A stretch of DNA of 64,000 nt from Escherichia virus TH47. The notes beneath the pieces are model-generated. The model saw only the letters and a program-made list of their open reading frames with translations. It ran no database searches and was not told where the DNA came from. This document shows positions 27,214 through 37,478 of this stretch, one piece after another. The stretch lies in sequence record MT446416.1; one strand, 5' to 3'. Position 1 is the first letter of the stretch, and each line of letters begins with the position of its first letter. The translations under genes and the position numbers were made by a program.

Positions 27214-27891
27214 TTACTTTATATAACCTTCACTCTTTAGAAAGTTCAGTACACGCTCTTTGAGTTTGTATGCTTCAGCTTTCTTTTCAGCGATGATGAT
27301 ATCTAAATCTTTTGCTTCATCGTACTTCGACTCATTCAGAACACGTTGACGTTTCTGTGCAGCTTTCAATGCTTCGGTAATTACATTAGTATATTGTAAA
27401 CCGGAACTGATGATACCAAGAACTTTTGCATCTGTCAACATTCTTCCTTCGTTGAGAAGGTTTACTAGTGTTAGTGCAGCTTCATACATCATAATATTAT
27501 TCATGATAACTTGAGAACTATGATTACATTTAACACTGTATACTTTTGTTGATTTAGTACCTTGAATTTTTTCTTCTACTAAACTCCAGTTAGTTTTAGG
27601 TTTAGCAGGTGCACGTTGTACAACAGGTTGTGCTGGTTGGTGACCAAGCATGTGTTCATTGTATGGGGCGTGGAATGGGACAACATGTGGATGTGTCTGT
27701 TCTGGATCAACACCATAATTCATACCAGCTTCATTTAATGATGTCAATATGTCGGTCATTGCACCGATATCACCACCTGACTTGTAAGGAACACCAGACG
27801 CATTATGGGTTGCACCAGCTTCAATGTCATTCAAACCGCTTAACAAATCAGCCATCTGATTAACTGATTGTTGATCGTACTCGTAATTCAT
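27214..27891 (-). CDS. hypothetical protein
   Basis: 225-aa ORF. Confidence 0.4.
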   Translation of the reverse strand: MNYEYDQQSVNQMADLLSGLNDIEAGATHNASGVPYKSGGDIGAMTDILTSLNEAGMNYGVDPEQTHPHVVPFHAPYNEHMLGHQPAQPVVQRAPAKPKTNWSLVEEKIQGTKSTKVYSVKCNHSSQVIMNNIMMYEAALTLVNLLNEGRMLTDAKVLGIISSGLQYTNVITEALKAAQKRQRVLNESKYDEAKDLDIIIAEKKAEAYKLKERVLNFLKSEGYIK

Positions 27892-28106
27892 TTATTACTC
27901 CTAACAGTTGAATACTCTTCAGTACCGTCATCTTTCTCAACAATATTTAGGACTCCACGAGATACCATTTTATCCGCTAGTTCCTGATAGTATTCGTTTA
28001 CTTTTTCAACTGGCACGGAACCTCGTGCCTTAATTTTCTGTAATAGTCTATATTCTTCGTTGGAAACCATAGTGTTGTGACCATGAACATTAGGTACAGT
28101 TCTCAT
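27888..28106 (-). CDS. hypothetical protein
   Basis: 72-aa ORF; 4-nt overlap with upstream gene. Confidence 0.3.
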   Translation of the reverse strand: MRTVPNVHGHNTMVSNEEYRLLQKIKARGSVPVEKVNEYYQELADKMVSRGVLNIVEKDDGTEEYSTVRSNK

Positions 28107-29068
28107 TATCGGCCTCGCATACGGTGACAGAAATCAATGATTTGATCTACCATCTCATCATTCTCTTGTTGTGCAGAGTTTGCCATTACACTTTCATCAC
28201 CATAGATATCATCTTCTTTTTCGATATCAGCGATAGCATGAATCATTTCACCCATACCTGGTGCGTGTTGTGTTAGTGGAGATGGTGAATTTGGATTACC
28301 GTCTGGTTCCATACCAGGCTCACCCATCACTTCACTGTTAATTTCTTGTGGAGATTTCTCTTCACGAATTGTAGTACTTTGATTTTGATTGTCAACTGGA
28401 GTTACATCACTCAAAGGAAAAACATTCAATTCGTTTGGCTTAGTGCCACTTTTAGTTACTACCAAAGATTGCTGTGGGTTTTGACCAGCATCGATACCAA
28501 CAACAGGTTCAATTGAATCAGTCCCACTTTGATTCCCAGGAACGCTAACTTTAATGTTATTAGCATTACGTTGTAGTTCTGCTTGTTTAAGTTTTGCTTG
28601 GGTTTGTGGATTAACTTGCTGTTGTTGCTGGGACACATTCATCTTAGCAATCTGTGTAGATTTCAATTGGTTTTCAGGATTTTCCAAGTTAGAGGATAAA
28701 TCTTCAAACACAATAGTTTTTAATTCTTGAATACTCAACTTAGAAACATCAGAGTATGTGAAGTTACTTTTGTATGCTTCAACTAAGTCTTTCATTGTCA
28801 TAGAATCAACTGTCTTATGCCAATCAGAACTTTCAACAATATGTTTAGTTACATTGTCAGTACTGAAGTATGAGAAACTTTCACTCAGTTGTGCTTTGTA
28901 CTTTTGTAAAATTTGAAAAATTTCACGGTTATCTGAATTATCCATAGCGGCATTTAGTGTGATGAAATCACCTGCATCCATATTATCCAGAACAACAGAA
29001 ACATCAACATTCAAATTATGTGCGTCAGCAAACTTCTGTAGCTCCGCTGCTGTTTGATTTATATCCAT
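28106..29068 (-). CDS. hypothetical Gln-rich protein
   Basis: 320 aa with a poly-Q tract (QQQQQVNPQTQ); late-like motif GATAAATATCAT about 45 nt upstream. Confidence 0.4.
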   Translation of the reverse strand: MDINQTAAELQKFADAHNLNVDVSVVLDNMDAGDFITLNAAMDNSDNREIFQILQKYKAQLSESFSYFSTDNVTKHIVESSDWHKTVDSMTMKDLVEAYKSNFTYSDVSKLSIQELKTIVFEDLSSNLENPENQLKSTQIAKMNVSQQQQQVNPQTQAKLKQAELQRNANNIKVSVPGNQSGTDSIEPVVGIDAGQNPQQSLVVTKSGTKPNELNVFPLSDVTPVDNQNQSTTIREEKSPQEINSEVMGEPGMEPDGNPNSPSPLTQHAPGMGEMIHAIADIEKEDDIYGDESVMANSAQQENDEMVDQIIDFCHRMRGR

Positions 29069-29125
29069 AATTACTCCATATAAAATAAAAAAGACCTCTG
29101 TCTTGCTTTATGATATTTATCACAA

Positions 29126-29518
29126 TTAAGAAAAGGTCTGTTTGCTGATGCTAATATTTGTATCATTACCTGTTGTGATAAATTTTGTAATTCTTTTACC
29201 ATTTAATTCTGTAGGTAAAACTAATGGTATTCCATTCAAACGCAAATCAACATCCATTGGTATTGCGAATTTGAAAGTACTAAGAGTACATTTACCCCAT
29301 GAAACTGGAAGATTATAGAAAGATGCGTTGTTATCTTTATATAGATCTATTTCAGTTTTTACTACACTTACCATCATGGGATAATCATGTACCATAATAG
29401 CCTCCAACAATCTCGACAAATTCATAGCACCGGTGAACTTAGAATCGATGATTGTTGGAGTTGTACCATCACCTATATCTACAACAGTATTAATTGTGTA
29501 GAAAGTATATGGTTTCAT
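29126..29518 (-). CDS. hypothetical protein
   Basis: 130-aa ORF. Confidence 0.35.
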   Translation of the reverse strand: MKPYTFYTINTVVDIGDGTTPTIIDSKFTGAMNLSRLLEAIMVHDYPMMVSVVKTEIDLYKDNNASFYNLPVSWGKCTLSTFKFAIPMDVDLRLNGIPLVLPTELNGKRITKFITTGNDTNISISKQTFS

Positions 29519-29712
29519 TCATTATCCTTATTTTTAGTCTCAACAACTTTATATCCAAAGAAATTTGTAGGAGGCATTCTTCGAAGTAATGGGTAATTTA
29601 ATCCAGTACTAACCGATGCTACTGCACCTGCTGATGTAGCACCAGTAGAAGCATTTTCTTTTAGTTTAGTTTTCTTCTTCATATCAATTCCCTTTATTAC
29701 GTTTTTCGTCAA
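29515..29712 (-). CDS. hypothetical protein
   Basis: 65-aa ORF; 4-nt overlap with neighbour. Confidence 0.3.
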   Translation of the reverse strand: MTKNVIKGIDMKKKTKLKENASTGATSAGAVASVSTGLNYPLLRRMPPTNFFGYKVVETKNKDNE

Positions 29713-29956
29713 GTGCTATGTTCTCCAAGCCCTTCTGAAACTTTTTATAATCTCGATTCTTAATACTAAGAAATAAACGTTTCTTCAAATCTTCAGCATC
29801 AGTTTGGTTAAATTCATCTTCGATACTCTCCAATAAATGAATAACAGAGTTGATTGCATGATCTGCACGATTACCAAAACTCTGTAACGTATCTTTCTCT
29901 GGTGTATAGTCAACTATACTATCAAGTAGATTCTTTTTATTGGATTTACTAGACAT
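29684..29956 (-). CDS. hypothetical protein
   Basis: 90-aa ORF directly downstream of the helicase gene. Confidence 0.3.
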   Translation of the reverse strand: MSSKSNKKNLLDSIVDYTPEKDTLQSFGNRADHAINSVIHLLESIEDEFNQTDAEDLKKRLFLSIKNRDYKKFQKGLENIALDEKRNKGN

Positions 29957-29959
29957 TCA

Positions 29960-31480
29960 TTATTTCCTTTGATTTAACCATTGCTTCATTGCATTTACAC
30001 GATCAGTACCAATGTGAGGCTGTTGAGGCTGGGATTCAGTTTGTGTAGAAGTGATTGGATCACTATCTGTATTTAGTGTTACGCTTTCAACACTTGATGT
30101 AGTGCTTGGTTTAGGAGCACCAGACAGCGTATGACGCAATGTTTGCATCGTACTTGGTGGCATTGCCATATTACCACCACCAACCTTAGAGACACCACTA
30201 TGACGGAATCCTGACCCATCAGTTTCTAGTTGTTGGATTGTTGTTGCATGATCTAAAACACGAAGTGAATCAATATCGTAAGACATACGCAAACGTGAAC
30301 CAACTGCACTACTGTTACGTGTTTTCTGGAAGTCGAACCAAAGTTCACCAGTTTCTTTACGTGCTTCAATGTAGATTACGTTATCCGCAGTATAGATTTT
30401 AGAAATACCACCAGCAATCTGACTTTGACTTTTCTTGTCTTCATCCATACCACTACGGTTAAACTGTGACGCAGTGAATACGGTCAAATCCATTTTGGTT
30501 GCTAGTGCACGCAATTCTTCAGATACAAATTTATCTTTTGTAAATGTATTAGATTTATCATTAGGACCAAGACGATTTGATGTTAATAGGTCAAGGTAGT
30601 CCACACAAACATAATCTAATTTGACTTCCATTTTAATTTGCAATTCACGAAGATAACTTTCAATATCATCAGTGGTTGTTACGGATTCTGGTAAACGTTT
30701 AATACGCAATATACCACTATCCTTGCCTTCCATTTGAACTCGTAGACCAATCTTTTCAGCTTCGTTCTTAACGTTACTTAGCTTAGATTCAGTCATCATA
30801 CCATAGATACGAACGGCTACCAACTCTTCTGCTAGTTCTAGTGAAATGTATGCACCATTCATACCAGCCTTAGCAAAGTTAACTGCTAAGTTCTGTAGTA
30901 CTACTGATTTACCACCACCAGACGCTGCTGCAAAGATTTCAAGTTCACGGCGACCAAAACCACCGAATAGTTTATAGTCAAGGGTTTCCCATCCACTCTT
31001 GAATGAACCTTGCATAGTGCTCAATGAACGAATGGTATCTTCTGGATTTTCAAAGATATCAAGACCCAACTCATTCTGTACAGATACTAACATAGCTTCA
31101 CGAATGAGTTCTTCGATGCCACCATATTTTTTCTGATGTACTAATTCCATACCTTTCTCTACTGCTAGAGCTAGAGCTTTGTGACGGCAAAACTCACTAC
31201 AGGTATCCAGTACTGCCTGTTTATGAAGTTCTTGTACTTCATACTGATCATACTGATAACCACCTTTCACTTCGATATCTTTCAGTGTAGGGGATGAACT
31301 ATATTTTGCTGCATAATCATGAACGTACTGAATACTTTCATGAAATGTTTTATCAAAATATTCTGGCTTTAGAATATTTTTACAACGTACAAATAAATCT
31401 GGATTACTGAAAACTTGGGATAGTAAGTATTGTTGTGCATTAATCCCATACTGTTTGACGTCCACTGTGCTTTGAATCAT
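29960..31480 (-). CDS. gp41: replicative DNA helicase (DnaB family, T4 gp41-like)
   Basis: Walker A FAAASGGGKSVVLQN and DnaB-type C-terminal ATPase domain; adjacent to the primase gene. Confidence 0.8.
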   Translation of the reverse strand: MIQSTVDVKQYGINAQQYLLSQVFSNPDLFVRCKNILKPEYFDKTFHESIQYVHDYAAKYSSSPTLKDIEVKGGYQYDQYEVQELHKQAVLDTCSEFCRHKALALAVEKGMELVHQKKYGGIEELIREAMLVSVQNELGLDIFENPEDTIRSLSTMQGSFKSGWETLDYKLFGGFGRRELEIFAAASGGGKSVVLQNLAVNFAKAGMNGAYISLELAEELVAVRIYGMMTESKLSNVKNEAEKIGLRVQMEGKDSGILRIKRLPESVTTTDDIESYLRELQIKMEVKLDYVCVDYLDLLTSNRLGPNDKSNTFTKDKFVSEELRALATKMDLTVFTASQFNRSGMDEDKKSQSQIAGGISKIYTADNVIYIEARKETGELWFDFQKTRNSSAVGSRLRMSYDIDSLRVLDHATTIQQLETDGSGFRHSGVSKVGGGNMAMPPSTMQTLRHTLSGAPKPSTTSSVESVTLNTDSDPITSTQTESQPQQPHIGTDRVNAMKQWLNQRK

Positions 31481-31506
31481 TTATGTTCCCTCATTTATAT
31501 CCTGTG

Positions 31507-32562
31507 TTACATCCACTTATCCGTTTGTGCTTTAATATAGAAAGGCTCGTCAACTATACTATCATGTATCAGTTGTAAACAAAATAATCTTCCAAATCTA
31601 GCACATGCTTCGTCAAAATCTTTAATGTGACGTATAGTACTTCCAACACGTACTGCCCCAAAATCTGGGAAAGAAACACTAAATCCATATTCGAGTGCTT
31701 GTTCGATTGTTTGTAATCCATCCTTATCACGGTCTGGTACGATAACAATCTTTTTACCTTTTTCTTGTGCAGCTTTAAGTACATCTATTTGTACTGCTGA
31801 CAATTTAAAGTTATTTGCAGAAACACCACCCATTAGTGCTGCATCCATTGGACCTTCACAAACTAATATAGTTTTAATTCGTTCATCTTGTAACAGATCA
31901 TAATTATATAGAATATTAGTACTGACCTGATTAATAAAACGATAGGTACTTCCTGGGTCTTTAAGTTTGTGTCTAGCAGTATATCCGATAATTTTACCGT
32001 TCATAACGTATGGTATGATAAATCGGTCATACATTTTATGTTCTTTAGCTGGACTCCAATACAATTCTAAATCTAATAGATATGGATTTCGCTCATTCAC
32101 ATGATTCAGAACACTAATAAATTCTTGTGGTATTTGCTCTTCTGGTAACGATGCCCATTCCCAGAATGTTTTTGAGTTCGGTGGTAATTCACGAACAGTT
32201 ACACGTTGATATAGTTTAGATGCAGTAGTTTCTTGTTCTGCAAAGTCTCCACTATCAACCATTTCTTTAATGTAAAATTTAGCTAGTTCTATTTCCTTAT
32301 CCTGTGCACCAAAAGAAATGAGCAAAGACTCCATATCTTTGCTCATATATTTTCCAGGTTGCCACCCAGTTTTTAGACTACAGTTAAAACAGTTATAAGA
32401 AACAGAACCATCTGCGTTAAACATATGATTGCCTCGATTTTTAGTATCGGGGCGTGAATGACCACGGAACACACAAGCAGGACAATTGTGATGTGTCCAC
32501 ATACCAATTCCTGGTACTGGGTCATTCATGATTTGTGCCATGATGTTTTGTACAGCGTTCAT
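31507..32562 (-). CDS. gp61: DNA primase (T4 gp61-like)
   Basis: N-terminal zinc-binding cysteines (CPACVF...CFNC) and TOPRIM VCEGPMDAALMGG. Confidence 0.75.
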   Translation of the reverse strand: MNAVQNIMAQIMNDPVPGIGMWTHHNCPACVFRGHSRPDTKNRGNHMFNADGSVSYNCFNCSLKTGWQPGKYMSKDMESLLISFGAQDKEIELAKFYIKEMVDSGDFAEQETTASKLYQRVTVRELPPNSKTFWEWASLPEEQIPQEFISVLNHVNERNPYLLDLELYWSPAKEHKMYDRFIIPYVMNGKIIGYTARHKLKDPGSTYRFINQVSTNILYNYDLLQDERIKTILVCEGPMDAALMGGVSANNFKLSAVQIDVLKAAQEKGKKIVIVPDRDKDGLQTIEQALEYGFSVSFPDFGAVRVGSTIRHIKDFDEACARFGRLFCLQLIHDSIVDEPFYIKAQTDKWM

Positions 32563-32591
32563 AATTTAATCCTTGTTATTTCTCACAAATG

Positions 32592-32602
32592 ATTATAGCA
32601 CA
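32592..32602 (-). promoter_or_regulatory. extended -10 element TGTGCTATAAT upstream of primase
   Basis: Identical 11-mer to 20471 and 48689; 29 nt upstream of ATG, AAGGA at -8. Confidence 0.35.
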
Positions 32603-32617
32603 AACACTTGTTTTGTC

Positions 32618-33595
32618 TCACCTGCGAATCAAAATTTTAGGAACTGACAGTAGTGGGTCATAGACTTTTCTTACTGCCGCATAGTCATAAGGAACTGGAA
32701 CGATCTTAGGATGAATACAAACAACCAATCGCAACCACATGTAATTACCTTTAAAATTAAATGCTTGAATCCCATCTAACGCTTTAGGGAATCCATTTTC
32801 ATCAATATCATTTTCGATATATTCTTTACCATCCAATTTAACAATAAACCATTTATAGTTTTCGTTATCAGTTGGTACGTTATTACACAAACATCCTTGT
32901 AATTGAATTCTACCAATGAATTTATCAAAGTACATTGCAATAGTACTAAGACCATCAACTAACCCATACTGCATTTGTGCAGGAAGAGGTGATGTTGCCA
33001 TTATATCATATTCACCAATAACACCACGAGCGATTGGTTCATGATACAAGCGTTTGATAGTAGTCCATGCTGGGTTTTTATTAACAGATACTTCAATACT
33101 TGGCACAAACACAGGAGCAGCTTGGTCGGAAATGATCAATTCAGCAGATGCTTCATAGTCAAGACCAGTGTATAAGTACTGTGTTGGTTCAATCAAGGAA
33201 CCATCCATTGTTACTTTAGTAATACTCCATCTATATTTTGAACCAGGACTAGTATCCTGAATTACACCAGCAGGAACAATACATCCATAATATACTTTTT
33301 TACTATTACCTAATGTTTGTCTTGCTTGTCCACTTTCTGATAGCCATGATGGTTTTTGTTTATCCAGAACTACATCGAATAATTTAGTATTGTTTCTAGC
33401 ATCAAAAATCATGAATGTTAGATATTCGTTATCTTTTAGTAATGTATATTTTCCATCAGCGTTGTGCACTGTGAATGATAAATTGTTATTTGCACCTCTG
33501 TATATTGTAAGTTTCTCATTGCTGTATGGCATATTAAAATTGCCCAATGATACTTCTTGGTTATAAGGGTACATAAACACGCCGTGATGAGCCAT
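32618..33595 (-). CDS. hypothetical protein (start revised to ATG 33595)
   Basis: GAAGGA 7 nt before MAHHG start; the first 78 codons of the listed ORF are low-complexity and overlap an AT-rich promoter region. Confidence 0.4.
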   Translation of the reverse strand: MAHHGVFMYPYNQEVSLGNFNMPYSNEKLTIYRGANNNLSFTVHNADGKYTLLKDNEYLTFMIFDARNNTKLFDVVLDKQKPSWLSESGQARQTLGNSKKVYYGCIVPAGVIQDTSPGSKYRWSITKVTMDGSLIEPTQYLYTGLDYEASAELIISDQAAPVFVPSIEVSVNKNPAWTTIKRLYHEPIARGVIGEYDIMATSPLPAQMQYGLVDGLSTIAMYFDKFIGRIQLQGCLCNNVPTDNENYKWFIVKLDGKEYIENDIDENGFPKALDGIQAFNFKGNYMWLRLVVCIHPKIVPVPYDYAAVRKVYDPLLSVPKILIRR

Positions 33596-33652
33596 AGTTT
33601 TTCCTTCCATAAATAATAGGTATAAATTTATACTAATATTTATGGAACTCAT

Positions 33653-34006
33653 ATGAATCAATATAATACTATTCCACCATTTATCACGGTAGTTCAGTGT
33701 GATGGTAAAACTTTCATTGGTATTATCAAGATAAAAAGTAAACAGTATACTACTCTTTACTGCTTTGAAGATATGGATGAACCAATGCAAGATGAATTGT
33801 TGGGTATAGCACATGATTGGTGGTGGCAAAGTAACAGGTCAATTCCAGTCTGTCTATTCTTCCAAGAAGAGATGGAGAAATTTGAACCTTACACACAGAG
33901 ATTCGATACCCCTGCGGTGAATTTCGTTTGTGGTCCAGTAGTTTCTTTAAGTGATTTGCCACAAAAACGCATCAAGCGTCGTAATGTGGCTCTTAAGAAG
34001 AAGTAA
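33653..34006 (+). CDS. hypothetical protein, lone plus-strand gene
   Basis: 117-aa ORF diverging from the 32618..33595 gene; basic C-terminus; weak RBS. Confidence 0.3.
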   Translation: MNQYNTIPPFITVVQCDGKTFIGIIKIKSKQYTTLYCFEDMDEPMQDELLGIAHDWWWQSNRSIPVCLFFQEEMEKFEPYTQRFDTPAVNFVCGPVVSLSDLPQKRIKRRNVALKKK

Positions 34007-34631
34007 GATGTTCAACTAAAGCGTTAAGTTGAACTACAATCATTAAGCTGTATGCATAAGCATGTGGCTTTTTGAAATATCGTAACTTATTTCCTGCTTG
34101 GTCTGTGCCAATAGTACTGTAATCCCATATAGTGGATTCAACTTCACTCCATGTATTCATACTTTGGCACTGCCTTTTTCCAGGACGAATCATTGCAATA
34201 AACATTGCAAGTTCATCTATGGATTTAGGTTTCCACACATTTAATAATGTAACGTGTTTTTTAATCTGTGAAAGATGTTCAACTATTTCTGGTTCTAACA
34301 GAAGATCCCAATTAGGTTCCTGATTCATTAGTTCTTTTAAATGTGCTCTATCACGAACATACTGGTAAGCCGATTGTGACAGGATATCTACCTTTTGATA
34401 TCCCAAGCGTTCGGCTTCTTTATATTGTATGCTGGCTAAACCAGTGATAGGGTCAATTGGTATATTATCAAAATGAACACCACTGTTATGGGGGATTAAA
34501 CCATCCTCCGTAATTTTTTCTGTACTTCGTACACAAGGAAGCTGTGCAATCACTGACTTACTATCTTTAAAGTCAATGTCGATATCAGTTCGTGCTTTGC
34601 GGTACGAATTAGAATTTGTCGAATCCTGCAT
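33993..34631 (-). CDS. hypothetical protein
   Basis: 212-aa ORF. Confidence 0.4.
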   Translation of the reverse strand: MQDSTNSNSYRKARTDIDIDFKDSKSVIAQLPCVRSTEKITEDGLIPHNSGVHFDNIPIDPITGLASIQYKEAERLGYQKVDILSQSAYQYVRDRAHLKELMNQEPNWDLLLEPEIVEHLSQIKKHVTLLNVWKPKSIDELAMFIAMIRPGKRQCQSMNTWSEVESTIWDYSTIGTDQAGNKLRYFKKPHAYAYSLMIVVQLNALVEHLTSS

Positions 34632-34938
34632 TTTTTATTTGCTCCTGCAATTTGTTTACAGTGTTAGATAATTTGGTTACCTGATTTTCTAACATTGTAC
34701 ACTTTTGTTTAGTCTTTGACAACTCTTGACTTAGACTAAAAAAACGTTCCTCATGCCTTTCAACCATACTGATAATTTTTTCAACACGAACAGGATCGTG
34801 CACCTGAAATGTTTTACCATCAAGTGTGATTTCCGTTATAGAGCCTTGTCTAAGCAATGATAAAGATTTAGATTTATCTGCTTTAGGCACAGGTACATAC
34901 CCTTCTGGTATTTTATTATATATACTTTTTCCATTCAT
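34609..34938 (-). CDS. hypothetical coiled-coil protein
   Basis: 109 aa with heptad-like C-terminal half. Confidence 0.35.
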   Translation of the reverse strand: MNGKSIYNKIPEGYVPVPKADKSKSLSLLRQGSITEITLDGKTFQVHDPVRVEKIISMVERHEERFFSLSQELSKTKQKCTMLENQVTKLSNTVNKLQEQIKNAGFDKF

Positions 34939-35645
34939 AATCCAGCCTCACGTAGCATACTTTTTATTTCATCACATTCCTTTTTGTACTTTATAGTTTT
35001 AACCTCAAAGTAACTAGGATCAATGTATTTAAGTATATACTTGATTTCAGAGTTAGAGAGATTCTTGAAAAACTTATTAGTACTTTCTTTTGGTGCTAAC
35101 CAGATAATCCAAGGTGAAATCTTACCACTCTCAATCCATGCAATTGCACGGGCAGAACTCACATTGGAAAAAAACTTATTCCACTCCAAGTTCAGATTCT
35201 GGCCCCATTCCACCATTGCAACAACACTACGGGAAACAGCGGCGGTGGGAGATTCAGAACGGATACAATCTAATATCCATTCATCCTTTGCTTTATAAGT
35301 ACTCCATTCCATAATAGGACGGTTTCTTACAATTAGACTTTTTACAAAACCATCAATATCTAAAATATCACGGTTGTTCAAATAATAAATTGCAAAATCA
35401 TAAAAATCACTAAAGTACTTTGATTTTATAAAAGCCATTAATGGTTCAACTCCCTTCTTGAAAGGGAAATGGTTTAACTCCATGAATTGCATATAAATGC
35501 GAAAAGCCTCCCTCATGGGGCGGCTATCACGATCTTCGTAACGGTCACGTTTAACACACTTATGTGTGTTAACTGTGTCTTCGCGTTTAAATTCTTTATC
35601 ACAGAACTTACATGTGTATACGGGACTACTTGATTTCTTTGCCAT
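34935..35645 (-). CDS. hypothetical protein with N-terminal zinc-finger-like motif
   Basis: YTCKFCDKEFKREDTVNTHKC (C-x2-C ... H-x-C) near the N-terminus. Confidence 0.4.
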   Translation of the reverse strand: MAKKSSSPVYTCKFCDKEFKREDTVNTHKCVKRDRYEDRDSRPMREAFRIYMQFMELNHFPFKKGVEPLMAFIKSKYFSDFYDFAIYYLNNRDILDIDGFVKSLIVRNRPIMEWSTYKAKDEWILDCIRSESPTAAVSRSVVAMVEWGQNLNLEWNKFFSNVSSARAIAWIESGKISPWIIWLAPKESTNKFFKNLSNSEIKYILKYIDPSYFEVKTIKYKKECDEIKSMLREAGL

Positions 35646-36471
35646 ATTTCTTACATTCTTCTTTAAATAATTTCATCATTGATTTCATTTCTTTCTCTTG
35701 CAAACCTATGTCTTCAAGGAAAGACTCGAATGTTTTTTTGTTATATTGCAACAAAACAATTTTATATTCATCTTCGTTCATTTGAGTTGCTATTGAATCT
35801 GGCTGTGTACTTTTAATGAGTTCAAATAATTCATTATTAGCACGCTTGAAACTCTTGGAAAAGTTTAACCAGTTTCGTGGCAATTCCTTACCACCCAACA
35901 TATCATGAACCGAACATAGTAGTTGATATACAAGTTCAGGGTGTTCTTTCATATCCCAGAACCCATCATTAACCATATCATTCAACATAATCAACTGATA
36001 ACGTACAACGTCACTGTCAACCAATGAGATGATCTGTCCACCAGCAATACTAAATTCAGTCATTGCTGCAATCAACTTGTTAGCATCATCATTACTTTGT
36101 ACGGCAAACTTGATACGCCAATCATAGTCACTATGACAGTACTTAGTAACTGATGTTACATTAACACCAGTACTATTGAGTTCTTTGACAAGTTCAGTGA
36201 GTGCTTCTTTACCACCAGCTTTCCACTTACCAAATACGTTTTCCACTTTACTACTAGGGAAAGTTACTTGGAGGGAGTCATCAAGTGAACTTACCCAACG
36301 AAGTACAGTATAAGGCGTAAATTCCTTACGCTCATCTTCGGTCATGTCATTATAGTATTTGTAATCTGCACGGTCAATATGTTTTAGAAATTCAGCAATA
36401 GAAAATGTATGCTGGGTTGGTTTATCGTTTTCGTCTACTGACTTAGCTTTAATATTACTGAAATCTAACAC
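35626..36471 (-). CDS. hypothetical protein
   Basis: 281-aa ORF. Confidence 0.4.
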   Translation of the reverse strand: MLDFSNIKAKSVDENDKPTQHTFSIAEFLKHIDRADYKYYNDMTEDERKEFTPYTVLRWVSSLDDSLQVTFPSSKVENVFGKWKAGGKEALTELVKELNSTGVNVTSVTKYCHSDYDWRIKFAVQSNDDANKLIAAMTEFSIAGGQIISLVDSDVVRYQLIMLNDMVNDGFWDMKEHPELVYQLLCSVHDMLGGKELPRNWLNFSKSFKRANNELFELIKSTQPDSIATQMNEDEYKIVLLQYNKKTFESFLEDIGLQEKEMKSMMKLFKEECKKYGKEIK

Positions 36472-36473
36472 TA

Positions 36474-36971
36474 TTACACTCCTAGATACAAATCTTGAAT
36501 TTTCTCGTTCTCATCTGCAAAGTAAACACAAGGTGGATTGTTACCACTGTGCAGAGGAACACATAGTAAGTTCTTCTTAGGCAGCATAGGGATCTGCCAT
36601 TTAGTAGTGAGTGCGAATACACGCAGCACTTTTACAGGTTCGAACTTAGGATACATTGAACGGATTGGATTGTAAACAAAAGCTTTAGGTTCTTTCATAT
36701 TAAGAATGTTTTCAATAGTACACATCTCAACCATACCTGTCTCTTCATCACCCAACATGATTTGCCAACCCAATGGTACTTGGATAATCTTTTCACCAAT
36801 CTGCAAATCAGCACTGATACTATTAAATGACACAGTGTTTAAAATGTGGCGAAAATAAAAGTCAGAGTCACCGTTTGGACTCAAATCTAAAACACAATAC
36901 ATTTCTGATGGAATGTGTTCAGTTACTAAATCCATATCAAATGAATTATTTTCTGGGGTTAATACGTTCAT
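36474..36971 (-). CDS. hypothetical protein
   Basis: 165-aa ORF. Confidence 0.4.
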   Translation of the reverse strand: MNVLTPENNSFDMDLVTEHIPSEMYCVLDLSPNGDSDFYFRHILNTVSFNSISADLQIGEKIIQVPLGWQIMLGDEETGMVEMCTIENILNMKEPKAFVYNPIRSMYPKFEPVKVLRVFALTTKWQIPMLPKKNLLCVPLHSGNNPPCVYFADENEKIQDLYLGV

Positions 36972-36980
36972 CTCATCTCC

Positions 36981-37409
36981 TTAGTACTGGGAATCTTCAT
37001 CTTCATCGTAGTAATCTTCTTCATCTTCATCTGATGTACCATAGAATTCAAGACCATACGTTTCACACATTTCTTGAATCTTATCAACATCAGTATCTAA
37101 GTAAGAATCAAAATTACCACTAAGACTAACTACATCAATAAACGTTGTAGTATCAGTACTTGCATAGATGATATCATATTTTAATGATTCAACTTTCGAG
37201 TCAATTCTGGTTTGCAATTCATAGATATTAATCCATGAATTAGTGTCAATATTACATCTCCAAACATTAGTATCGTCAGTTTCTAGTTCAGGTATATAGT
37301 CAAGTGAAGATACCATGTCATCCATAATACCATCACCATTCAACAATACATCAATTACATCTAACGTTTCTTGGTCACAGATAAAAGCAATACTAGATCT
37401 TAATTCCAT
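36981..37409 (-). CDS. hypothetical acidic protein
   Basis: 142 aa with an Asp/Glu/Tyr-rich C-terminus; AAGGAAG RBS. Confidence 0.4.
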   Translation of the reverse strand: MELRSSIAFICDQETLDVIDVLLNGDGIMDDMVSSLDYIPELETDDTNVWRCNIDTNSWINIYELQTRIDSKVESLKYDIIYASTDTTTFIDVVSLSGNFDSYLDTDVDKIQEMCETYGLEFYGTSDEDEEDYYDEDEDSQY

Positions 37410-37455
37410 TTTTATTTTACTTCCTTGTTGTTGTCATACGACACATTATATCATG

Positions 37456-37478
37456 TACAGCGGGATTATCCCGCTGTA
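37456..37478 (-). other. perfect palindrome overlapping the uvsW stop codon
   Basis: tacagcgggat-t-atcccgctgta (10-bp arms); the stop codon sits in the loop; a TGATATAATG -10-like element follows on the minus strand. Confidence 0.45.

Noticed and set aside
33596-33829. N-terminal 78 codons of ORF 32618..33829
   Set aside because: Low-complexity hydrophobic sequence overlapping an AT-rich promoter region with no RBS; an internal ATG at 33595 has a GAAGGA RBS. Start reassigned.
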